Positions 26,620-36,495 of a stretch of 46,335 bases of DNA are shown piece after piece; position 1 is the first letter of the stretch, and each line of letters opens with the position of its first letter. The translations under genes were made by a program, and so were the position numbers. The notes under the pieces are model-generated. The model made no database searches and was not told the origin of the DNA. It worked only from the letters and a program-made list of their open reading frames with translations. This DNA comes from a bacterium (lineage in GTDB: Bacteria > Chlamydiota > Chlamydiia > Chlamydiales > 2-12-FULL-49-11): contig JAJZEO010000040.1 of NCBI GenBank assembly GCA_021847505.1, forward strand, positions 1 to 46,335. The letters run 5' to 3'.

Positions 26620-28229
26620 TAAACCGTTGAATCCCCCGCACCAGATGTGATTCGTATGATCTCATCGATCGTTGTCTTGCCCTGGAGCGCAAACTTAATC
26701 CCCTCCTGAGTTAGGCTTTCCATTCCCTCTTCTTGAGCAATCCGTTTGATATCGCTACTTTCAGCACTAGAAAGGATCTGACGCTTAACCTTGGAAGTGA
26801 CATCCATCAATTCATAAATACCACAACGTCCCTTGTAGCCACTACCAAAGCATTGCGGGCAGCCTTTCCCTTTGAAAAAACGTACTACCCCCCCTTCAAA
26901 AACCTTATCAGGCAGTTGAAGATGGTTTAAGGCGGCCTCTTCTTTAGTCATGATCTCTTCTTTTTTACACTCAGGACAGATCATTCTAACCAGTCGTTGA
27001 GCCAAAATACAGATCACTGAAGAGGAAATCAAGTAAGGTTCAATTCCCATATCGACTAATCGGGCTATGGCTGAGGGGGCATCATTTGTATGAAGGGTGC
27101 TTAAGACCAGGTGTCCTGTTAATGCTGCCTGCACCGCAATTTCTGCTGTCTCTTTGTCTCGGATTTCCCCCACCATGATGACATCAGGATCTTGCCTTAA
27201 GATATGCCTCAACCCCTTGGCAAACGTAAGATCGATCTTAGAATTTACACTAATTTGTGCCATTTTCTCGATTTTGAATTCTACTGGATCTTCGATCGTC
27301 ATAATGTTGATTTCAGAAGACATGATTTCTGATAAGGCACTATAGAGAGTTGTCGACTTTCCGCTTCCTGTGGGCCCTGTAACGAGAATCATCCCTTGAT
27401 TTTTTCTTATGTGGGCTCGCAATTTCTTCAAGAGGTTAGAGCGCATCCCCATTTTTTCAAATCCGACCAAGAGCTGGGTTCTATCCAAAATCCTTAAGAC
27501 AATTCTCTCTCCTAGAACAATCGGGATCGTACTCACACGAAAATCAATTTCTCTTCCCCCCATGCGCAATTTGATCCTTCCATCTTGGGGCAACCTATGT
27601 TCTGCAATGTCCAATTGGGCTAAAACTTTTATCCTTGTCGTGAGTGGGGAAACAATTTCAGGGGGCATGTTGTGTCGAAGTTGCAACACGCCATCAATCC
27701 GATAACGTACGATAAGTCCGCTTTCTTGGGGTTCAAAGTGAATATCTGAAGCCCCTTGAGAAAGGGCCTCTACCAAAATCATATTGAGAGATTTTATGAC
27801 CGCTGAATCGGTTTCATTATCAAGCAAATCATATTCTTTCTCATGAGCATACTTGATCTCTTCAGTAGGTGATTCTTCAAGTCCCTGGATAAACTCTGTT
27901 GCCGCTTCATCGTTTTGCTGATAGATCTTCTCTATCGCTTTTTCAATGATATGACGGGGCGACAAGCGTTCGACAACGGGGGTGCCTGTCATATAGCGGA
28001 TCTCTTCAACAGCAGTCAGATCAAAAGGATCAGAAAGGGCAACATAAAGCATCCCCCCCTCCTTTTTTAGAGGGATCAGCGCATGTTTTTTCACAAATGC
28101 ATAAGGCAAGACCTTGATTTTTGTTTTCACAAACTCAAATGCATCAATCTCGTACTCGACACTGAGACCTGAGCGTCTTGCTAAAATTTCGATCGGTTCT
28201 AAGATTTTAGAGCTTGACTGTGGCATCAT
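26619..28229 (-). CDS. gspE: Type II secretion ATPase
   Basis: ASDIHFEP, GPTGSGKST Walker A, TIEDPVE, LRQDPDVIMVGEIRD, tetracysteine motif. Confidence 0.97.
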   Translation of the reverse strand: MMPQSSSKILEPIEILARRSGLSVEYEIDAFEFVKTKIKVLPYAFVKKHALIPLKKEGGMLYVALSDPFDLTAVEEIRYMTGTPVVERLSPRHIIEKAIEKIYQQNDEAATEFIQGLEESPTEEIKYAHEKEYDLLDNETDSAVIKSLNMILVEALSQGASDIHFEPQESGLIVRYRIDGVLQLRHNMPPEIVSPLTTRIKVLAQLDIAEHRLPQDGRIKLRMGGREIDFRVSTIPIVLGERIVLRILDRTQLLVGFEKMGMRSNLLKKLRAHIRKNQGMILVTGPTGSGKSTTLYSALSEIMSSEINIMTIEDPVEFKIEKMAQISVNSKIDLTFAKGLRHILRQDPDVIMVGEIRDKETAEIAVQAALTGHLVLSTLHTNDAPSAIARLVDMGIEPYLISSSVICILAQRLVRMICPECKKEEIMTKEEAALNHLQLPDKVFEGGVVRFFKGKGCPQCFGSGYKGRCGIYELMDVTSKVKRQILSSAESSDIKRIAQEEGMESLTQEGIKFALQGKTTIDEIIRITSGAGDSTV

Positions 28230-30636
28230 CTCTCATCCCAAAAAACATATTCCAACTACGTTTAAATGTTCTCTCAGCAGACTTCTTCCTTGACTCAGCA
28301 ATACGATCAAGAAAATATTGTGAATCACCAGGCCTTGCTTTGAGCTTTTCTTCTCTCATTTGAATCAAATCTGTTTTGGGATCATGGACGACCTTAGGCT
28401 TGATAAATATAAACATCTCTCCTGAAGTATCGGTGAGCAGATTCGTACCGAATAATTTCCCAAACCCAGGAATTTCCCCTAGGAAGGGGATTTTTTCATT
28501 TCGATCTTCTTGGTTTTTGCTCTTTAATCCACCGAGGATAATCGTTTGTCCATCGGGGATTCTTACTTGGTTTTTAACCTGTCTTTTGTGTACATCAGGT
28601 TTATGGTTTTCCCCACCATCTAATCTCTTGATTGTCTCAAACGAAATGTCGTTTTCTAAGGTAACATAGACCTGCCCGTCAGGATCCCCAATCTCGGGCT
28701 CATGAACTGTGGGTGTCAACTTAATCGTAATACCAAAATCGGCTCTTTCATAAGAGTCTTTAAAGACAAAACCATTGTTTGTTTGCACCGGTGAAGCACC
28801 ATTATTGATCGAAATTTGATCAGTGATTGCAATAATCGCGGGGGACTGGTTAATCGTAATGACCGAGGGAGCTGCTGTAACACGAATATCTTCTTGAGAA
28901 AGCAAGAAGTTATATGTCAAATCAATCGCAGGGAAACTCTCATTTTTTGTCCCAGAATAGATAAACTCAAGGAGACCCCTTGTTGCTTTTGTCCCATCGC
29001 CAAAGTACTCGCCACCTAATTGGTTGATGTTTTCTGCGGTCGATCCCAACTTTAAAATATTGATTCCTATGCGAGTGGTATTCTTTAAACGCCTTTCGAC
29101 CATCAGTACTTCAATCTCGACCATCCTTTTAGGAATATCCAAGCGTCGTATGACTTCCTTAATCTTTCCCACCATATCTTTGCGGATCACCATTAAGATC
29201 GAACCTGTTGACGGATAAGGGATGAAGTTTCCTGATTTGATCTTTGTTTCATCAGGATCAACCTTCTTCTCTCTGGGCTTTACGAGCCGCGTTGACCATG
29301 GTTTGACCCTTTCTAGTGGTGGGTTATACAACCCCTGTTCAATATCTTCTTCCTCCGGCTCTTCGGCTCCCTGCCCAAACTGAGGATCTTTTTGTCCTGA
29401 TCCTACTTCAGAGGGGATCTCCATCGAAGTATTGATGAGCGAAGAGTAGACCCGATCGAGCACTTCAGCCAAATCTGTGGGATTACTGTGGCTGCATGTA
29501 TGCCAAAATACTGTCAGCTCTGAGGGGTCACTTACCTGATTCTCCGTCTCGCGAATGACCGCTTCCCCTTTCTCAACGAGTCCCTTTTCTCCAATCAAAA
29601 TGATACCGCTTTCGCTAGCCAGAGAGGTCGCTGACAAATCATGCCCCCCCTTCATAGTGATAATGGAACGGGAAGGATCTGACAAACCCCCAAAATAAGA
29701 CTTGAGAATTTTGATCATTTCTTCTGCTTGCAATTTAGAAGAGGTAACCACTCGGACAATCTTATCGCCCCCATTTTCCCAAACATTATCGCACAGGCTC
29801 ACTAATCTTTTTACCTCTTCCTGAAAACCAACGATCGCAATTTTAGCCCCTACTTGGTAGACAAAAGTCGTTTTGGGATCGCGAAATCTTTCCATGAAGT
29901 AAAAAGCCTGTTTGAGCTGCGCTACAGGAGGGGAATAAACGAAAGCAATCCTTTCCCTCTTTTCCACAAAGGCCAATTGTTCTTTATCCACTAGTATCGA
30001 AGTAAACGTGATGCAATCTTGCTTAAGAAGATATAGCTGCTTTGCATAAGGATTGATTTCTTTGACTCCAATCCCATTGTGCTTAAATATGGTCTCAATC
30101 AGAGCAGCCCACGACTCTCGGGGAATCAATAACGCCGATTGGAGATTAAGTTTAATGGCCGCGACATCGGGAGGAATGACATATAAATACTCCGAAGAGC
30201 CATATTCCATCACCAATTCTGAAATCGAAGTTTCCTCATTTTGCCATATACCACAAGCCTCTGAGTCTTTCTGAATCTCCTCAGATTGAAGAATACGCCA
30301 CTTTTTCTCCAATTCAGCCAACTCAGTCCGGAGTATATTAATCTCTTCAAGAAGCTCTAAACATTTTTCTTCAGACTCTTCCTCTTCGATGAGCGCTTGT
30401 GTTTGATTATATTTATCTTTAAGTTCGTGACGGATTTGAGAGAGCCTTTGCAAAATCTGGGTAGAAGGGCTTCCTTGATCTGAAGAAGAATGAGGCTGAG
30501 CATGATTAGATCCCATCTTCGCGAGCTTTTCCTCGATCGACATATGCTCTGAAGATGTGGCAGCGACTTCCTCGCCAGCAGATAGAGTAGCAAAAAACAA
30601 AGCAGGCAATAACAGATAAACAGTGATATTTTTCAC
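28207..30636 (-). CDS. gspD: Type II secretion secretin
   Basis: Signal peptide; LDIPKRMVEIEV, GITIKLTPTV, GQTIILGGL, KIPFLGEIPGFGKLF. Confidence 0.95.
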   Translation of the reverse strand: MKNITVYLLLPALFFATLSAGEEVAATSSEHMSIEEKLAKMGSNHAQPHSSSDQGSPSTQILQRLSQIRHELKDKYNQTQALIEEEESEEKCLELLEEINILRTELAELEKKWRILQSEEIQKDSEACGIWQNEETSISELVMEYGSSEYLYVIPPDVAAIKLNLQSALLIPRESWAALIETIFKHNGIGVKEINPYAKQLYLLKQDCITFTSILVDKEQLAFVEKRERIAFVYSPPVAQLKQAFYFMERFRDPKTTFVYQVGAKIAIVGFQEEVKRLVSLCDNVWENGGDKIVRVVTSSKLQAEEMIKILKSYFGGLSDPSRSIITMKGGHDLSATSLASESGIILIGEKGLVEKGEAVIRETENQVSDPSELTVFWHTCSHSNPTDLAEVLDRVYSSLINTSMEIPSEVGSGQKDPQFGQGAEEPEEEDIEQGLYNPPLERVKPWSTRLVKPREKKVDPDETKIKSGNFIPYPSTGSILMVIRKDMVGKIKEVIRRLDIPKRMVEIEVLMVERRLKNTTRIGINILKLGSTAENINQLGGEYFGDGTKATRGLLEFIYSGTKNESFPAIDLTYNFLLSQEDIRVTAAPSVITINQSPAIIAITDQISINNGASPVQTNNGFVFKDSYERADFGITIKLTPTVHEPEIGDPDGQVYVTLENDISFETIKRLDGGENHKPDVHKRQVKNQVRIPDGQTIILGGLKSKNQEDRNEKIPFLGEIPGFGKLFGTNLLTDTSGEMFIFIKPKVVHDPKTDLIQMREEKLKARPGDSQYFLDRIAESRKKSAERTFKRSWNMFFGMRDDATVKL

Positions 30637-31949
30637 TCTCTATGAACTCCCTCTGCCTCTTTTGTGCCGGTCCTCAATGCAGGCTTCTTTTTCTTAGCTT
30701 GATTCTTATCTTTGGTCAGCTTGTCATTGATGGGAATATCGATCTTTAATACCTGGGTCCGTTCATCGTTAAAATAATGCCCCATAAAATGACTTGCAGT
30801 TCCTCTCGTTTCAATTCCATCAAAGATAAACAGTTCCCCTTTTAAAACATACACTAAAAAATCCTTTAGTTCGTTTAGATGCCTTAGATTGCGCCACTTA
30901 CCATTCGTTTTAATCAACCAATCTCCTTTGCGAATGACGGTATGTTTACCGGCCAAATCACACACGACTGACGACTCTGTTCGCTTGTGAACTTTGGAAA
31001 AGAGTTCATGCATATTGGTTGAGAGAGGCGATCCCAAGCTTAAGGGAATGGAAATCTCTTGCGATGAAATGCCACTTTCTCCCCAAAGGGTCAATTCGCA
31101 GGTTTTTCCCTGGATCGATTTAACAAAGACCAAAGGCTTTCCCAAAGTCTTCCCATTTGAGACCACCCATTTCCCTTCTTCAAACGTAATGAGGTCGCCT
31201 ACAGCGACAAATAAATAGTCATCGCCCCCTTCTTTTGGCACCTTTAAACGATACTTATGGCGAAAGGCTGCGTATTCTGCTCCTCCGTATAGATCAAAAA
31301 GTTGATCATAAAGGAAACATTTTGCAGCAAGGAATGTATCCGTCATTTCCTTGATCATCTTCTCTTTAGCTTCTACTTGATGATTTTTTTGATTTCTTTC
31401 GACCGTAAAGTGAGAGACTGTCTTAAAGATTTCTTGTTGACTTGTCCCCAAGTATTTAGTTGTGAACGTAACCTTGAGTTGCCCCTGATGATTTAAGTGA
31501 AATTGAGCCAGAAATGGGGTCGGAGAATCCGAAAAACTGATCGAATCTTGGTCAGTACATGAAAAATAGAGACTATCCCCTTCCTTGACAAACCTTTCCT
31601 GATCGGTCCCCTTTAGCCCAATGAGCGCTGCCCTTTCCTCCCTTTTACAATCAGGACGGTCATTATACTCCAAAAAAAGCAGATTTTTGCTTATGTCGGG
31701 TAAAGGAATCCAAAGCGAACCCGCCGCTGGGGTGGAAATTTCATCGAATATCCCTTGATAAGGCTTGACTGTATTTGAATTAGAAGGTAAAGCTTCCTTC
31801 TTCTCCTGCCAAAAATTGCCCCCCTCGGAGTAAAGAGCAAAAAAAATTAGCGCGATAAGGGGTAGTGCAATTGCCAGTGAAAGGTAAAACCAAACCCCTA
31901 TTCCTAGGACCCTATTCCAGATATGCAATTTTAGACGGTTCTCGAGCAA
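30633..31949 (-). CDS. Single-TM hypothetical protein heading the T2SS operon (GspC-like position)
   Basis: N-terminal TM; 4-bp overlap with gspD; no recognised motif. Confidence 0.7.
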   Translation of the reverse strand: MLENRLKLHIWNRVLGIGVWFYLSLAIALPLIALIFFALYSEGGNFWQEKKEALPSNSNTVKPYQGIFDEISTPAAGSLWIPLPDISKNLLFLEYNDRPDCKREERAALIGLKGTDQERFVKEGDSLYFSCTDQDSISFSDSPTPFLAQFHLNHQGQLKVTFTTKYLGTSQQEIFKTVSHFTVERNQKNHQVEAKEKMIKEMTDTFLAAKCFLYDQLFDLYGGAEYAAFRHKYRLKVPKEGGDDYLFVAVGDLITFEEGKWVVSNGKTLGKPLVFVKSIQGKTCELTLWGESGISSQEISIPLSLGSPLSTNMHELFSKVHKRTESSVVCDLAGKHTVIRKGDWLIKTNGKWRNLRHLNELKDFLVYVLKGELFIFDGIETRGTASHFMGHYFNDERTQVLKIDIPINDKLTKDKNQAKKKKPALRTGTKEAEGVHRE

Positions 31950-32166
31950 AACATGCCCCCCATAAATACCAGAAGCGAATCATACCCGAGTAAATCCATC
32001 ATTGCAAGGACGAACAATAGGGGAACTCTCAACCCCTCAACCAATTCATAATTAGGAGATAGCAACTAGGCAAAAAAAAAGATAGGGAAAAAGTTGAAAA
32101 AAAACACCCCTCTGAATAAGTTGAGGTTTATTCTGAAGGATGTGAGCTTGACAAGAGAGGTGGCTT

Positions 32167-32547
32167 ATGGCAGATGACCCAAATGACAAATCCAAAGGGG
32201 GATTTACTGTGGGAGAATTGGAAGGAAAAATGAAGAAATACGGCCTCGAAATAGCTCTTTGCTTGGTTTTTATCCTAACAGCAATCTTTGCTCTTGTTTG
32301 GGGCGGCGCGATGCTCGTTTGGTCGATCCTACTCTGCATGATTTTTGCCATTGTTGGGGTTTTAGTTCCCAAATCGGCCCATAAAATCAGCTTAGCCTCA
32401 CTGACTTTTGTTTCTAAGGAAAAGATCACCGCCATCATCGTTGCAGTCCTCGCCTGCTTAGTGGCGATCTTTATTCCCCCCATTATATTCGCTATTATGG
32501 GAGCTGTTGCTGGCAAGGCTATTGCCAATGATGCTCGCGGGCAATAA
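32167..32547 (+). CDS. Small multi-TM membrane protein
   Basis: GAGAGG RBS; about four hydrophobic segments. Confidence 0.8.
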   Translation: MADDPNDKSKGGFTVGELEGKMKKYGLEIALCLVFILTAIFALVWGGAMLVWSILLCMIFAIVGVLVPKSAHKISLASLTFVSKEKITAIIVAVLACLVAIFIPPIIFAIMGAVAGKAIANDARGQ

Positions 32548-32548
32548 A

Positions 32549-33181
32549 TCAGAAGACCATGTCAAAATTCAGGTTTTCTTTAGAAATAAACTCAGCTAAC
32601 TGCTGCCTAGCCACTTTAGCGTCATCCACTTGCCCATTTTGTTCTAAAACAAATGCATAACGGGAAAGGACAAAACAATAGAGCCTTGGATATTTCATAA
32701 CCCCTTCTTTCTCGATCTCGCCTTTTAACTTACCAAGAGACTCGAATGCCTTATTAGATTCTTCCCCTTCCATAAGCTGAACTACTTTCATAAATTCAAG
32801 ATAGAGGGGAGGAATGTAGGAAAGTCTTGAAATAATCCCCTGTTCATAGGAAGCCGCCTTTTGAACTTCTCTTTCGATAATTTTATCATCTCTCAAAAAA
32901 TAGGCAAAATCAGCCTCAGCCTCAGGGTAGAGTTTCAACAGCTTACTTAAGCTTACTTCATTGAACTCCCCTTCACCCTTTTCAAGCAGCTTATGAGAGT
33001 GGGATAGGGAGAAAAAATCTCTCTCTCTCTTCATTCGCTTGCTTCCTCCACCTGAAACAGCTAGGGCCAAAGCGATAAAAAAAGCCACACCTGCCAAAAT
33101 CGGCAACTTATTACGCAACACCTTATTGATGAAGGCTTCATCAGCTATAACGTCTTCTTCCGTAGGAAACTTGATCTGCAT
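32549..33181 (-). CDS. Single-TM hypothetical protein with helical/TPR-like C-terminus
   Basis: 210-aa ORF, GGGAAG RBS-like site, TM LPILAGVAFFIALALAV. Confidence 0.7.
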   Translation of the reverse strand: MQIKFPTEEDVIADEAFINKVLRNKLPILAGVAFFIALALAVSGGGSKRMKRERDFFSLSHSHKLLEKGEGEFNEVSLSKLLKLYPEAEADFAYFLRDDKIIEREVQKAASYEQGIISRLSYIPPLYLEFMKVVQLMEGEESNKAFESLGKLKGEIEKEGVMKYPRLYCFVLSRYAFVLEQNGQVDDAKVARQQLAEFISKENLNFDMVF

Positions 33182-33267
33182 ATTTCTTCCCTAGTTTTGA
33201 AAGAATTTACCAAAATCAACACTTCCCGGCAATAGGATGATTTGATTTTTCCTTGCAATCGCCCAGA

Positions 33268-35337
33268 TTAGTACTTTCTGAGGGCGTTGGTAACGACGAG
33301 GATCGAGCTCATCGACATGGCCAAGGCAGCGATCATAGGGTTGACAAGACCAAAAGCAGCTAGAGGCAAAGCTGTGATATTGTAGGCGAAGGCAAAGAAG
33401 ATGTTTTGGAGGATTCGCTTTTTTACCACCCGCCCAAGGTCAACTAGATCTACTACCGCGGAAACCCTCGTTTGCATGATGCCAATGTTCGCGGCTTCCA
33501 TCGCAACATCGCTCCCTGAACCCATGGCAATGGAGACATCCGCCTTTGAAAGGGCAAGCGCGTCGTTAACACCATCACCAACCACGGCGCACAATTCCTT
33601 GGTCATTTCTACATAGTTTGCCTTTCCTTCAGGAGTAACCCCACCGACGGCTCTGTCAAAATGAAGAAACGCACCCAACGCCTCGACGACTTCCTTGTTA
33701 TCTCCACTCAGAAGAACTAGTTTGATGTTTCGTTTTTTAAGCTCAAAAATGGCATATTCAGCATCCTCTCGGAGGGTGTCCTCAAAGGCATAGAGCCCCA
33801 CTAGTTTGTTTTCCTCCCCAATCAGCACCACGGTCTTTTTGGGGATTTCCCTATCGATCTTTACCCCTAATTCTCTAAGAAAACTCTCCGAACCCAGATA
33901 GACTTTCTTGTCATTTAACTTTCCCACAACTCCCCGTCCGAACTCTTCCTTAGCCTCTTTTGCAGAAATATTATTTTTCCCAATGGCCTTTGCTAAAGGG
34001 TGGGAAGAATACCTTGCCAAACACTTGGCAATTTCTACCACATGGGGATCTGTAGGAGTTTCAATGATTCTCATCTTCCCCTCTGTGATTGTTCCCGTTT
34101 TATCGAAAATGATTGTCTTAACCTTTCCGACAAACTCAAGATCGGTGAAATCTTTGATGAGAATTCCTTTCTTTGCAGCACGACTAGCGCAAACAACGAC
34201 CACTGTAGGTGTTGCTAAACCAAGAGCGCAGGGACAAGCAATGACAAGAGTTGCTACTAAATTAATGATCGCTACTTCAAAGGAATGATGATACCAACCT
34301 ATTGCAAAGGCGCAAAAGGCAATTGCCATCACAATCGGCACAAAGATCAATGCAATCTTATCGACAAATCGCTGAATTTTTGGTTTAGAAGACTGCGCCT
34401 TTTCTATAAGATCAATCATCCTTCCCAAAAGCGCTTCTGAACCTACTTTGCTACATTTGATCAAAAGCGCCCCTTCGTGGTTTAAACTTCCACCGACGAC
34501 ATGATCACCCACCTTTTTTTGGACAAACATTGCCTCCCCCGTGATGATCGATTCATCGACACTTGTGTGTCCTTGAACGATCTCCCCATCAACCGGCATC
34601 CGTTCTCCAGGACTCACTGCAATCAAATCATCGACAGCGATTTGATCGATAGGAACAGTTTTTTCCTGCCCATTTTCCATTCTCCGCGCTACAGTTGATT
34701 GAAGAGAAATTAATGCCTTCATCCCCTTTTTTGCTCTTGTCTTTGCCTTGGTTTCAAGCAATCTTCCCCACAAGACAAGAGCAATAATCACGCTGGGTGT
34801 CTCGAAATAGAGTTCTGTGTCAAAATGGATCCACCATGAAATGGTACTAAACAAATAGGCAGAGATTGTGCCCAGGACAATTAGAGCATCCATCCCAATA
34901 ACTCTTTCTTGTAGAGACTTGATCGCCTGCCTTGTAAATCCCCATCCTCCATAAAATTGCACAATTGAAGCTAAAATCCATTGAGTTAACAAGGGTAACA
35001 TCTGGCTACGAAACAACATGTGTGACATATCAACAACAAAAAGAGTGGAAGCAATGAGAGTACAAATCACCGCCTTAAGATAGAGGAGCACCATATTCAC
35101 TGTTGACTCATGTTCCACTTTCTTTTCAACACTCGGATAACCAATCTGCTTAAGACGAAGCAATATCTCATTCATGGAAATTTCATTAGGATCGTAGGTC
35201 AGAAGAGCCTCTGAAGTCACCACATTCACGATAATGGATCCAATTCCCTGCATTTTACTTAATGCCGTTTCAATATGCCCCTTACAACTTGAGCAATTGA
35301 TATTCCCAACGACTATACGAGTGGATTTCTCAGACAT
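33268..35337 (-). CDS. copA: Cu(+)-type heavy-metal P1B ATPase
   Basis: CSSC metal-binding domain, TGE, ACPCALG, DKTGT, GDGVNDA, and YN / MSMSS membrane motifs of P1B-1. Confidence 0.88.
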   Translation of the reverse strand: MSEKSTRIVVGNINCSSCKGHIETALSKMQGIGSIIVNVVTSEALLTYDPNEISMNEILLRLKQIGYPSVEKKVEHESTVNMVLLYLKAVICTLIASTLFVVDMSHMLFRSQMLPLLTQWILASIVQFYGGWGFTRQAIKSLQERVIGMDALIVLGTISAYLFSTISWWIHFDTELYFETPSVIIALVLWGRLLETKAKTRAKKGMKALISLQSTVARRMENGQEKTVPIDQIAVDDLIAVSPGERMPVDGEIVQGHTSVDESIITGEAMFVQKKVGDHVVGGSLNHEGALLIKCSKVGSEALLGRMIDLIEKAQSSKPKIQRFVDKIALIFVPIVMAIAFCAFAIGWYHHSFEVAIINLVATLVIACPCALGLATPTVVVVCASRAAKKGILIKDFTDLEFVGKVKTIIFDKTGTITEGKMRIIETPTDPHVVEIAKCLARYSSHPLAKAIGKNNISAKEAKEEFGRGVVGKLNDKKVYLGSESFLRELGVKIDREIPKKTVVLIGEENKLVGLYAFEDTLREDAEYAIFELKKRNIKLVLLSGDNKEVVEALGAFLHFDRAVGGVTPEGKANYVEMTKELCAVVGDGVNDALALSKADVSIAMGSGSDVAMEAANIGIMQTRVSAVVDLVDLGRVVKKRILQNIFFAFAYNITALPLAAFGLVNPMIAALAMSMSSILVVTNALRKY

Positions 35338-35921
35338 TTTTTAAAAACCAAAAAAGAAACATCAGTGTTTTTCCCTTGATACCAAGGGGATGAAGCATAC
35401 CTCATGTAAGGCTTTTTAGTATGGCGATGAAGAATCAAATCATGAGAGCGCATTAATTTAACATAATCTTCTAAATTTCGATTAAAGACAGGAGGTAGCC
35501 CATCACGGCGCCACTCTTTACCAAGAATTTCTCCCACAACTAACCACTTACACCGCATATTGCGCAATACTTCATCGACTTCGGAATCGTTGAGATGTAA
35601 AAAAACAGTATAAGCAAAAAAGAGGTCCGCTCCTTTGATCCCCTTCTCAGCAATTTCGAACTTATATTGAGAAAACTTACTCTTTGCTTCTTCAATGGCT
35701 TGTGGGTTGATATCAACCCCCAGATATTTTTCAGTCTCAAAGCTTTCACACAATCGACCATACCCACATCCAAAGTCAACGACTCTTGTATGAGGAATTT
35801 CCTTCACAATCTCTTTGACTTCACTGACAAGATCAAACCCCTCAGGAAACTCGCCAAAACCTTGTGGGTGAATGTGTTGCAGCCCATCGGTCTGCCAAAA
35901 ATTTTCCCTATCCATAAGCAC
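35313..35921 (-). CDS. Class I SAM-dependent methyltransferase
   Basis: VVDFGCGYGRL, YLGVDIN, YTVFLHL. Confidence 0.88.
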   Translation of the reverse strand: MLMDRENFWQTDGLQHIHPQGFGEFPEGFDLVSEVKEIVKEIPHTRVVDFGCGYGRLCESFETEKYLGVDINPQAIEEAKSKFSQYKFEIAEKGIKGADLFFAYTVFLHLNDSEVDEVLRNMRCKWLVVGEILGKEWRRDGLPPVFNRNLEDYVKLMRSHDLILHRHTKKPYMRYASSPWYQGKNTDVSFLVFKKCLRNPLV

Positions 35922-35955
35922 ACCATACGGATAGCCCCCCTTTCGCGCAACCCTA

Positions 35956-36018
35956 ATTAAACTTGCCCCTGCCCTTGCCTTTGCCCCTGCCCTTGTCCGA
36001 AATCATTTCCTTGATCTT
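35956..36018. repeat. Direct repeat duplicating the mutY 3' end (downstream copy, followed by in-frame TAG)
   Basis: Matches 36510-36566 except one extra CTGCCC unit and one C/T change; minus strand reads KIKEMISDKGRGKGKGRGKFN*. Confidence 0.9.
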
Positions 36019-36026
36019 AATTTTTT

Positions 36027-36063
36027 TACCACCCGCTCTCTACATTCGCTAGAGATCACAGAG
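36027..36063. repeat. Inverted repeat, left arm of GxxExxY cassette
   Basis: TACCACCCGCTCTCTACATTCGCTAGAGATCACAGAG matches the reverse complement of 36448-36484 at 35/37. Confidence 0.92.
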
Positions 36064-36069
36064 AAAAAA

Positions 36070-36495
36070 TTACAGCTTAAATCGACGTATTCCATCTCGC
36101 AGGAGCTTCTCATTGAAATTGATCAGTAGGCCATATTTACACTCTGATAGCCTTAAGTAAGACATTAGCTACGCTTCATGGATTGAAGCAATCCCAGTCA
36201 CCGATTTGATCTCAATAATCACCTGATCCTCAACGATTAAGTCCGCTCGATAACCACACTCAAGTACCACATCTTTGTAAAACACTGGCAAGGCCTTTTG
36301 ACTCTCCACCTTCATTTCCCTTTGGCACAATTCATAAATTAAACAAGCTTCATAAGCTGACTCCAAAAGTCCAGGTCCAAGAATCCTATGAACGTCTATG
36401 GCCGCTCCAATAATTTTCCCTGTGAGACTTTTTTCTTTCTCTGTGAGCTCTGTGTTCTCTAGCGAACGTAGAGAGCGGGTGGTAGAATAACTCAT
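36070..36495 (-). pseudogene. GxxExxY-family PD-(D/E)xK nuclease-like gene with in-frame TAG at 36169-36171
   Basis: GPGLLESAY and RADLIVEDQVIIEIK; reading past the stop gives IHEA*LMSYLRLSECKYGLLINFNEKLLRDGIRRFKL, the family C-terminus with TAG at the usual Gln. Confidence 0.9.
36448..36484. repeat. Inverted repeat, right arm (inside the 5' end of the GxxExxY gene)
   Basis: Reverse complement of 36027-36063 with 2 mismatches. Confidence 0.92.

Noticed and set aside
32052-32528. 158-aa minus-strand ORF
   Set aside because: Antisense shadow of the 32167-32547 membrane protein, which has a good RBS.
36070-36495. Genome-wide TAG-to-Gln recoding
   Set aside because: Conserved genes here end normally at TAG (e.g. 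tolQ at 4816-4818, tolB at 7310-7312).
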